Source: an uncultured Muribaculaceae bacterium
Lineage (GTDB): Bacteria > Bacillota_I > Bacilli_A > RF39 > UBA660
DNA length: 49,809 nucleotides
Reading direction: 5' to 3'
Assembly: GCA_964472425.1 (NCBI GenBank)
Contig: CAYYLF010000002.1
Span: forward strand, 1 to 49,809
Within the stretch, counting starts at the first letter, position 1. Every line of letters starts with the position of its first letter. Of this stretch, positions 35,047 through 43,600 are shown piece by piece. The position numbers and the translations under genes were made by a program. The notes beneath the pieces are model-generated. The model was not told the origin of the DNA, did no database searches, and saw only the letters and a list, made by a program, of their open reading frames with translations.

Positions 35047-36597
35047 ATGAAATTAGAAACGAAGAGAATGATTTGCTTATTGATAGTAATCACGTCTATC
35101 ATCGCGATTGTAGGAACTGTATCTTTCGCGTACTTCACGTCGGTCGCCAATCCGGTTACGCAAGAGGCGAGCATATCGACGGGAACGACGAAGGTAACTT
35201 TTGCCGATGGAGACTTAGGGATGAGTGGTACTTTAAGTTTTGGTGATTCGGTTACAAAGAAGTTCACGATTACGAATACGGGTACGACTGTGGCAAGTGT
35301 GAAGTTATATTGGAAAGATTTAGTCAATACCTATACGACGGGAAGTCTCACTTATACTTTGAGTTATAGTGAAACGGAGAATGGGACATACAAAGAAGTA
35401 GTAGGGAAGAAGAATGTACCGAGCAGCAGTAGACTCCAAATGGCGACATTAGTCGATAAAGTGACTATTCCAGTTGGAGGAACATACTATTACAATTTGG
35501 TCATTACTTTAAATTACTTAGATGATGTAAATCAAGATGCCGATAAGATAGCGAGTCTATCTACATACTTCCAAGCAGAAGACTTACGTACAAATGTTAA
35601 ACCTACGAACGAGTTCGCAAACCTATTGCTCAGTAAAGCGAACGACGAAAATGTGACCGATTACAATTCGGGTAACAAACAAGAGATGTTCGTATTCGAC
35701 CATGAGATTACTAACTCGTACACGTATACAGAATATACTGAAGAAGGGGAAGAAGAAACATATACAGATACATGTACAGCAACCCAAATCGAAGATTGGA
35801 CAGATGAGGAAAGAAGAGATTATAGATACATAGGAAGTGAACCTAACAACTATATAACCTTCAATGACGAGACTTGGAGAATAATAGGAGTATTTACAGT
35901 CGAGACTGAGACAGGCGAAAAAGAGCAATTGGTCAAAATAGTTAGAGAAGAAAGTATAGGCAGTATAGATTTAGATCCTGAACAGCATGATACTCGTTAT
36001 TCTAGTCCCGGTTGGATAGGTACTGCAATGCAAATTATGCTAAACGGCGATTATTATAATAAAGAAAGTTTTACATACAAAAATGGTTCAAACGAAATAA
36101 CGATAAATGGTTTGAATTCTAAATCTCGTGGGCAAGTAGCCAAAGTAAAATGGTATTTAGGGAGTGAAAATTATGACGGTGGAATAACGGTGCATAACTA
36201 TTATTCTTCAGAAAGAGGAATAAAAGGGTGTATGTCTTTTTGTGACAAAAGAAAGGATGTATTTAATGTAGTACAAAATATTGGGTTTATATATGTGACC
36301 GACTATATGTTTACATACGCTGATGGAGTAAATGATAAATGTTACGACGATGGTAGATGTAATTCTGATAATGCAAAAGCAGGTTGGCTATATAATGGTG
36401 CATATCAATGGACTTTATCTCAATCGCTTAGTGGAATTACAATATTAGGAATTCGAGAAAGTGGAGCTATAATTCTTGCTTTCCCTGGCAATTTTACGGA
36501 GCTAACTTACAGTACTCGTCCATCTCTTTACCTCAATTCCTCTATCAAAATAATCGATGGGGACGGAAGTGCCGGAAATCCATACACGATAGGCTGA
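35047..36597 (+). CDS. Secreted protein, paralog C: SipW-type signal + TasA/camelysin-like module + family C-module
   Basis: AAGAGGA RBS. IVGTVSFAYFTSVANPV signal pattern. FGDSVTKKFTITNTGT. C-module RDYRYIGSEPNNYITFNDETWRIIGVFTVETE...RPSLYLNSSIKIIDGDGSAGNPYTI. Confidence 0.75.
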   Translation: MKLETKRMICLLIVITSIIAIVGTVSFAYFTSVANPVTQEASISTGTTKVTFADGDLGMSGTLSFGDSVTKKFTITNTGTTVASVKLYWKDLVNTYTTGSLTYTLSYSETENGTYKEVVGKKNVPSSSRLQMATLVDKVTIPVGGTYYYNLVITLNYLDDVNQDADKIASLSTYFQAEDLRTNVKPTNEFANLLLSKANDENVTDYNSGNKQEMFVFDHEITNSYTYTEYTEEGEEETYTDTCTATQIEDWTDEERRDYRYIGSEPNNYITFNDETWRIIGVFTVETETGEKEQLVKIVREESIGSIDLDPEQHDTRYSSPGWIGTAMQIMLNGDYYNKESFTYKNGSNEITINGLNSKSRGQVAKVKWYLGSENYDGGITVHNYYSSERGIKGCMSFCDKRKDVFNVVQNIGFIYVTDYMFTYADGVNDKCYDDGRCNSDNAKAGWLYNGAYQWTLSQSLSGITILGIRESGAIILAFPGNFTELTYSTRPSLYLNSSIKIIDGDGSAGNPYTIG

Positions 36598-36683
36598 TAA
36601 ATAAGGAATTTCTCAAAAATTATCACTTTTAGCAAAAAAGTTGACAAAAATCACAAAAAGTATGATATAATCTTCTTGTGATT

Positions 36684-36770
36684 GCCTCTGTGGCGGAATT
36701 GGTAGACGCGCTGGACTCAAAATCCAGTGGTAGCGATACCGTGCCGGTCCGAGTCCGGCCAGAGGCACCA
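36684..36770 (+). tRNA. tRNA-Leu (anticodon CAA), class II, CCA encoded
   Basis: Acceptor GCCTCTG/CAGAGGC. D-arm GCG-GAATTGGTAGA-CGC. Anticodon stem CTGGA/TCCAG with loop CTCAAAA. Long variable arm. T-arm GCCGG-TCCGAGT-CCGGC. Confidence 0.88.
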
Positions 36771-36782
36771 TTAATTGAAAAC

Positions 36783-36813
36783 AATCGTTCTTCACTAGCA
36801 AGAACGATTTTGT
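36783..36813 (+). terminator. Terminator after tRNA-Leu(CAA)
   Basis: AATCGTTCTT (36783-36792) pairs perfectly with AAGAACGATT (36800-36809), followed by TTGT. Confidence 0.7.
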
Positions 36814-36827
36814 ATATCAGGGGAGAA

Positions 36828-37340
36828 ATGAATATGACGAAAGAAATTATTTCAGACAACTGCTATTATTTACATCCTAAGACTCTGCTTTTTGCTATCT
36901 TAGTTCAACCTAATCATATAGACGAAGATATTGTCCAAATCGCACCTACAGAATGGGATGACATAATCAAGCGTTTTATGAATACAGGGCGACCAATGGT
37001 CGGTATCAATTGCCCGCGCAATGCAGCCGAACGATGGTTCGGCATGCAGCCATACATCAGCATTTTTGGAGATACTTGCACGGTTGATACGAAAATGTTG
37101 ATAGGGGACTTCGATTATACAACAGAAGAAAAAGAATACTTAGATGCAATAATCGCCCCGACTGGAAATCGGCATCAACACAAGACTTATGCGCTATTCT
37201 GTAGATTAGGAATCGATATTCGTCTAACCGACGATGACTTAACAGCCACTTTGTTAAACTTACGATTCTTAAATATACCAGATGAAAAATTACAAAAAGA
37301 CAAGACACCTCAACTTCGACCTGTAAAACCGACTAATTAA
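36828..37340 (+). CDS. Hypothetical protein
   Basis: GGGGAG RBS before ATG 36828. The longer ORF-track version runs through the tRNA and terminator. Confidence 0.5.
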   Translation: MNMTKEIISDNCYYLHPKTLLFAILVQPNHIDEDIVQIAPTEWDDIIKRFMNTGRPMVGINCPRNAAERWFGMQPYISIFGDTCTVDTKMLIGDFDYTTEEKEYLDAIIAPTGNRHQHKTYALFCRLGIDIRLTDDDLTATLLNLRFLNIPDEKLQKDKTPQLRPVKPTN

Positions 37341-37408
37341 AACAAGCGACTCTGCTTCCTTTTTTAGTCTACATCTGCTAAATTATAGACGAGAAGGAGT
37401 GACCTTTT

Positions 37409-38323
37409 ATGTCCAATCGAGTAATCATCACCTCGGGAGCCAAGTACTTAGACATAGATGCTTATGGAGCCATCTTTGCTTACCGAGAACTCCTCAAATC
37501 GCAAGGCATAGAAGCATACGCTATGTCCACTGTCAAACCGAACGAAAGTGTCTCACCCCTAATCATAGATTTAGGTTTCACTCTAGACGAAGTAAAAATC
37601 GAAGAAGACGATGCATTCACAATCTTAGACGTCTCCAATCCGGACTTTTTTGACACTTTCGTAAACCCCGAAAACATAATAGAAATAGTTGACCACCACA
37701 CGGGATACGAATCTTACTGGCAAGAAAAGGGCATCACCAGCCACATCGAATTCATCGGCTCAGTCTGCACCATCATCTACGAAAAATACGCCGAATACGA
37801 AAGAGAAAACTTACTCACCAAAGAACTTTGTCAAGTGCTTGCAACCGGCATTCTAGACAACACACTAAACCTCAAAAGCGCTATCACGACAGGCCGTGAT
37901 AAACATGCCTATGAGCGACTCCTCGAACTAGGCAACTTGGGGCACGACTGGAACGACACTTACTTTTCATCTTGCTATGGCGACATAGAAAAAAATCTCA
38001 AAGCCATCGAAGAGTCCATCAAAATAGAAAGAGTAAGTGACATCTTGCCCGAAGCATTCGGGCAACTCATCGTCCTCGACATAGACAGTATTTCCCAAAA
38101 TATGAATAGAGTAGAGGACATATTCTCGTCTTATGAAGAATGGATACTGAACATCATCTGTTTAAATGATAGCAAAAGTTACCTCTACTGCTCACCAAAT
38201 TCTAGAGAAAAACTTCAAAGACTTTTCCCTGATGCGACCGTCAACGATTATCTAATTCTAGACCGGTGCATTCTTCGTAAGGAAATAATGAAAATGGCGA
38301 GAAATAAAAGTAAAGCCGATTAG
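37409..38323 (+). CDS. DHH-family phosphoesterase
   Basis: DxD (YLDIDAYGA) and DHH (IVDHHTG) motifs. GIL.DT-like ATGILDNTLNLKS. Confidence 0.65.
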   Translation: MSNRVIITSGAKYLDIDAYGAIFAYRELLKSQGIEAYAMSTVKPNESVSPLIIDLGFTLDEVKIEEDDAFTILDVSNPDFFDTFVNPENIIEIVDHHTGYESYWQEKGITSHIEFIGSVCTIIYEKYAEYERENLLTKELCQVLATGILDNTLNLKSAITTGRDKHAYERLLELGNLGHDWNDTYFSSCYGDIEKNLKAIEESIKIERVSDILPEAFGQLIVLDIDSISQNMNRVEDIFSSYEEWILNIICLNDSKSYLYCSPNSREKLQRLFPDATVNDYLILDRCILRKEIMKMARNKSKAD

Positions 38324-38424
38324 AACAATCCAGATTTTAGCTTAGCATTATTCTTTCCCGATTACATATAATAATATTGACGTACGCAAAAAAGTACGTT
38401 ATAATGATATCGAGGTGAAAAAAG

Positions 38425-38682
38425 ATGAGTACTATCAATATTACAAACGCTAGACAAAATTTATACCAACTTGTATCGGATGTAAATGTGGGCTTTAACC
38501 CTATTACTATCGTAAATAACAAAGGACAAAATGCAGTCTTAATTTCCGAAGACGAGTGGAAAAATATAGAAGAAACCCTAAATCTTTCCAACATACCCGG
38601 TTTAGTCGAAAATATCAATGAGATAAGGAAAAACGAAGATTGGAAATCAGCTAAGGAATACGACGAAAATGAAGAATGGTAA
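38425..38682 (+). CDS. yefM: Phd/YefM-family antitoxin
   Basis: INITNARQNLYQLVSDV......I.....NAVLISEDEWKNIEETL. Overlaps the toxin gene by 14 nt. Confidence 0.85.
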   Translation: MSTINITNARQNLYQLVSDVNVGFNPITIVNNKGQNAVLISEDEWKNIEETLNLSNIPGLVENINEIRKNEDWKSAKEYDENEEW

Positions 38683-38950
38683 AAAATACACAATTAAGTT
38701 TTCCAAACAAGCCGAAAAAGATAAGAAAAAATTAAAAAACTCAGGATTAGATAAAAATTGTAAAGTCATATTAAACATGATGTCAAAAGACCCATTTTGT
38801 TATCCACCTTCTTACGAAAAACTCTGTGGAGAACTCACTGGATTATATTCTAGAAGAATAAACAGACAACATCGCATAGTATACGAAGTCTCAGAAAAAA
38901 CTGGTGAGATACATATCATCCGAATGTGGACACATTACGATAAAATCTAA
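38669..38950 (+). CDS. yoeB: YoeB/Txe-family mRNA interferase toxin
   Basis: ...LTGLYSRRINRQHRIVYEV.....IHIIRMWTHY C-terminal signature. Confidence 0.85.
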   Translation: MKNGKKYTIKFSKQAEKDKKKLKNSGLDKNCKVILNMMSKDPFCYPPSYEKLCGELTGLYSRRINRQHRIVYEVSEKTGEIHIIRMWTHYDKI

Positions 38951-38975
38951 AAACGAATTACTAAGGAGAATGCCC

Positions 38976-40136
38976 ATGTACTACTTAAAATTATTTGACG
39001 AAAATTTGCTTTCATTCGAAATGGACAACAAATTTGGGCTCAACATAACGAACATCGAACTACTAAGCGAAAATACCGAAATCTTTCCTATAAGACTTCA
39101 ATCGAATATTACACCAACGTCAATCGAAGAATTTATCGCATCGAGAATTATTCCCAAAAATAGAGCCTTCGTCCAAAACATACTCGAATCAGCTGGACTG
39201 AGTATAAATGACAAAAAGTCGATTATAGACGTCAGCAAAGGACTCTCTCTCACGGACAGCTACTGGGTGGTAAGAGACCCAAATTTAAAATTTGCCGACT
39301 ACAACCTCTACGATAACGATTTTTCCAAAGTGCTTTCACTTATCGCTTTCACAGGGTATACATCTAAAATAAAAGAATTGATAACATCCCCGGAACTCTC
39401 GACCAACGGCATGCTCCCCAAAGCGTGGAGAAAAATAGACGGACAAATCTATTTATATAAAGGAAGCACCGAAAGTTATCGCTTTGCCAACACAGGATAC
39501 GAACCATATTCCGAATTCTATGCGAGCCAAGTTGCCCAAAAAATGGGAATATCGCATGTAGACTACAATCTGAGCAAATGGAAAAATATGCTATCATCTA
39601 CTTGTAAACTGTTTACCGACCAAAATACATCGTATGTTCAAATAGGAGACTTAGTATCCAAAGGCGGAATTATCAAAGTGCATGAATATATAAAAAGTCT
39701 CGGATATGAAGAAAAATTCTCAGACATGATTTTGTTCGATGCCGTCTGCATGAACGTCGACAGACACTTCGGAAACTTTGGCCTTCTTAGAGACAATCGC
39801 TCTGGCCAATTTGTCGACTTCGCCCCAGTTTTCGACAATGGCGAAAGTCTCTTATGCAAAGCGATGCCCGATGTGTTCGAAAACAAAAAAGAATTTGCTA
39901 ATTATATCTTCAAGGACGAAGTGAACGTATCATTTTATGGAATCGCTTACGACGACTTAATACGAACCTTTTGTACAAAAAAACAGATTCCAAAACTGCG
40001 AAAATTGTTTAACTTTCGCTTTGAAAAACACACTAGTTACAATTTACCTTCCAAAAGATTAGATTGTCTCGGCCTGATGATTCGCGAACGAGCCAAAAGA
40101 TTTATCACAATTCTCGAAGAAAAAGATAATTCCTAA
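38976..40136 (+). CDS. HipA-like kinase-fold protein
   Basis: AAGGAG 7 nt before ATG 38976. Catalytic-loop-like MNVDRHFGNFGLL and ..FAPVFDNGESL, as in the HipA C-terminal domain. Confidence 0.55.
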   Translation: MYYLKLFDENLLSFEMDNKFGLNITNIELLSENTEIFPIRLQSNITPTSIEEFIASRIIPKNRAFVQNILESAGLSINDKKSIIDVSKGLSLTDSYWVVRDPNLKFADYNLYDNDFSKVLSLIAFTGYTSKIKELITSPELSTNGMLPKAWRKIDGQIYLYKGSTESYRFANTGYEPYSEFYASQVAQKMGISHVDYNLSKWKNMLSSTCKLFTDQNTSYVQIGDLVSKGGIIKVHEYIKSLGYEEKFSDMILFDAVCMNVDRHFGNFGLLRDNRSGQFVDFAPVFDNGESLLCKAMPDVFENKKEFANYIFKDEVNVSFYGIAYDDLIRTFCTKKQIPKLRKLFNFRFEKHTSYNLPSKRLDCLGLMIRERAKRFITILEEKDNS

Positions 40137-40327
40137 CACCACTTAAAATTATGTATGAAAAGGTATGTCTGCAAGAAATTTAAGATAAATGCAAAAATTT
40201 GCTGCAGAATTCAACAATAATGAATTCTTGCAAGAAGTCCTTGCAAAATTATCTTGGTCTTTCGTTACAACTATACGATTGGAAGAAGACTTAGAATAAA
40301 CATTAGTAAGAAAGAGGAACGAAAGAC

Positions 40328-40359
40328 TTATCACGATTTCTCGAAGAAAAAGATAACAC
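40328..40359 (+). repeat. Second copy of the 3' end of the HipA-like gene (gene remnant)
   Basis: TTATCACgATtTCTCGAAGAAAAAGATAA matches 40100-40131 (TTATCACaAT-TCTCGAAGAAAAAGATAA). Confidence 0.6.
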
Positions 40360-40395
40360 CTTGCAACCATTTTATGATATAATCAACTTGTGCCT

Positions 40396-40482
40396 GTCCT
40401 TGTGGCGGAATTGGTAGACGCGTTGGTCTCAGAAGCCAATGATAGCAATATCGTGCCAGTTCAAATCTGGTCGGGGGCACCA
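40396..40482 (+). tRNA. tRNA-Leu (anticodon CAG), class II, CCA encoded
   Basis: D-arm identical to the CAA tRNA. Anticodon stem TTGGT/GCCAA with loop CTCAGAA. T-arm GCCAG-TTCAAAT-CTGGT. Acceptor GTCCTTG/CGGGGGC needs three G-U pairs. Confidence 0.75.
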
Positions 40483-40493
40483 TTATGTAATTT

Positions 40494-40520
40494 CGAGCCT
40501 TTTGGGCTTTTTTCTTTTCT
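40494..40520 (+). terminator. Weak terminator after tRNA-Leu(CAG)
   Basis: AGCC-ttttg-GGCT followed by TTTTTCTTTTCT. Confidence 0.4.
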
Positions 40521-40577
40521 CATTTACGCCAAATTTGCTAATCCAACCGAGAAAACTACCAGTAACCATCCAAACTG

Positions 40578-40586
40578 TGCTATAAT
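40578..40586 (+). promoter_or_regulatory. Extended -10 element upstream of essC
   Basis: TGcTATAAT (TG 40578-40579, TATAAT 40581-40586). No good -35. Confidence 0.35.
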
Positions 40587-40613
40587 TATACATAATAGGA
40601 GTGGGAATCGCTT

Positions 40614-43600
40614 ATGAAGATATACTTGTACCTCAAAAACAAAATTTTGACCTTTGCACTTCCTCAAAAAGTTTCAGGAAACTTCAACTTCGACGAACAC
40701 TCGTACGAAGAATCCAAACTGATAAACATCGAAGCCATCGATTCCAAATGGTACTTATATTCGACGAGTGACGTAAACATCATCTCGAACGGAATGGTTC
40801 TCGCTCGTGTTGCTCTCGAAAAAGACCAATACTACTTCGTCAAGAGAGCAGGGGTAGACTACATGCTCTTCGCGACCGACGCCTTCGACGCGAGTTTCTT
40901 GCCGTACAAATACAGCCAAGACACGGCACTCACCATCGGAAACGACTCGTCTTGTAATATAAAATTCTCGTCTCCCTTCGTCAAAGGGGTCGCAGCCAGA
41001 ATAAGAATATCCGGCACGGACATAGGACTCGACACCTTAGAGACGACCGTCTATCTGAACAATGTCGCCCTCGAACCCAAGACGACGAACTATCCACTAA
41101 AAGGTGGGGACGAGTTGAACATCTATGGACTGAAACTCATGTTCCTAAATGGCTTTCTGCTTTTGAACAATCCTCACAACACGGTCACCTGCAACACGGC
41201 CAGTGCCAAACTGTCCTCGTACCAGCTCACCTATGGAAATGACCCGCAAGACCTCGAAATCAAAGATGCAGAACTCTACTCTAAAGACGACTACTTTTCG
41301 AAGTCCCCAAGAATAAGACGAACTATAAAGACCAAGGAGATAACCTTAAGCCCTCCACCTCGTCAAGACAAAGAGACCGAAATGCCACTTCTTTTGACGA
41401 TTGGACCTATGCTCACGATGGGGTGTGTTTCACTCATCATGTTTCTAAATACGCTAGGAAACATCTCGAACGGAAAAGCGACCCTCGCCCAATCTTGGCC
41501 GAGCCTCCTTTCTTCGATGGCCATGCTCGCCTCGACCCTTCTGTGGCCGACTCTCACGCGCATATTCAATAAGACACTCAAAGCCAAGAGAAAAAGAGAA
41601 CTCATTCGCAAATACACCCGTTACCTCGACACCAAAAGAGAAGAGCTTTCGAAAGAGCAAAAACTGCAACACGAAATACTTCTAGAAAATCTGATTCCAG
41701 TATCCGAATGTCTAAACATCATCCAAAGCGGAAAAGCTCGGTTCTGGGACAAGCGCATAGAACAGAGTGACTTCCTCGAAGTTCGCCTCGGCACGGGCAA
41801 AGAACACTTAGATGTCAAAATAAACTACCCGGAAGAGGGTTTCACCATCGACGAAGACGACCTTCGTAAACAAGCCGATGCTCTCGTCGAAGAATTCGCT
41901 TACTTGTACGATGTGCCAATAGGCTACTCGCTATACAAAAACAAGATAACCGCCCTCATGGGTGATGCGAACAAATGCAACGGAATGCTCCAAAACATCA
42001 TCCTTCAACTTCTGACCTTTTATAGCTACGAAGACATCAAAATAGTCGTCATCACGAACCCCTTGAACCAAGACAAATGGGAATACGTCCGTTACTTGAA
42101 TCACTCATTCTCGAACGACAAACAGATAAGATTCTTCTCTTCCGATGCCGAAGGAGCTAAGAGGATATGCGACTATCTGAACACCGAACTCACTTCGCGT
42201 ATCCAACTCGCTCAAGACGGGGCCAAATTCTTCAAACCGTACTATGTCATCTTCACCGACAACTACTCGCAAATCAAGCGGCACAATTTCACGAAGACGA
42301 TGACCGAATACGACGAAAATTTGGGCTTCAGTCTCGTCATTCAGGAAAGCCGAATGAGCAAACTTCCGAGCAAATGTAACAACTTCATAACCCTTAGTGG
42401 CTCGTCCGCGGACATCCTCAAAAACTCGTTCGAAGCCCAAGAAGCATCGAGTTTCCACGAAGAAATAAACGCGAGCATCGACATGATGGCCGTCGCCCGA
42501 AAAATCTCAAACATACCTATCGAATTCGAAGAAGGAACCAAACAACTGCCGGATTCCATAACCTTCTTGGAGATGGAAAGAGTAGGTAAAGTAGAACAAC
42601 TGAACATCATGAACCGTTGGGATACAAACGACTCGACGACGAGCCTCAAAGCGGAGATAGGTGTCGACGACGAAGGAAGCCCGATGTATTTGGACCTTCA
42701 CGAAAAATATCACGGGCCCCATGGACTTATCGCCGGCATGACCGGAAGTGGTAAATCCGAATTCATCATCACCTACATCCTATCGATGGCCATCAACTAC
42801 AGTCCCGACGACGTCGCCTTCATTCTCATCGATTATAAGGGTGGAGGACTCGCGGGAGCCTTCGAAAACAAGACGACCGGATTCGTCCTTCCACACCTCG
42901 CCGGAACGATTACCAACCTCGACAAAGCCGAGATGGACAGAACTCTCGTCAGCATAGACAGCGAAATAAAACGTCGTCAAAAGATATTCAACGAAGCCCG
43001 CGACCGCTTGGGCGAATCGACCATCGACATCTACAAATACCAGACCTTCTTCAAAGAAGGAAGATTAACTGAACCGGTCCCACATCTTTTCATAATATGC
43101 GACGAGTTCGCCGAGCTGAAAAGTCAACAACCGGAATTTATGGACAACTTGATAAGCGTAGCCCGCATAGGTCGAAGCCTCGGTGTTCACCTCATCTTGG
43201 CCACTCAAAAACCGAGTGGAGTGGTAAACGACCAAATTTGGTCCAACACCAAGTTCCGGGTCTGTTTGAAGGTTCAAGATGCCTCCGACAGTAAAGAAAT
43301 GCTCAAACGCCCGGAAGCCGCGAGCATCAAACAGACCGGTCGGTTCTACCTACAAGTCGGATACGACGAATACTTCGCACTCGGTCAATCGGCTTGGTGT
43401 GGTGCCAAATACTTCCCGAGCGAAAAAATCGTCAAACAAGTCGACAAGAGCATCAACTTCATAGACGACACGGGAAACGTCATCAAGAGCATCCAATCGG
43501 GCAACAACATCAAAATCGAAGCTCAAGGCGAACAACTCGCGGCCATCATGACCAACATAGTCGAGGTCGCGCGTACCTTCGGAAAGAAGACCAAAAGACT

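Noticed and set aside
36678-36827. N-terminal 50 codons of ORF 36678..37340, and minus-strand ORFs 36613..36801 and 36629..36859
   Set aside because: They are read through tRNA-Leu(CAA), its promoter and its terminator. The real CDS most likely starts at 36828.
38337-38693. 118-aa minus-strand ORF
   Set aside because: It is antisense to the well-supported yefM antitoxin gene and its promoter region. There is no RBS or motif.
40390-40617. 75-aa ORF
   Set aside because: It is composed of tRNA-Leu(CAG), its terminator and the essC promoter/RBS region.
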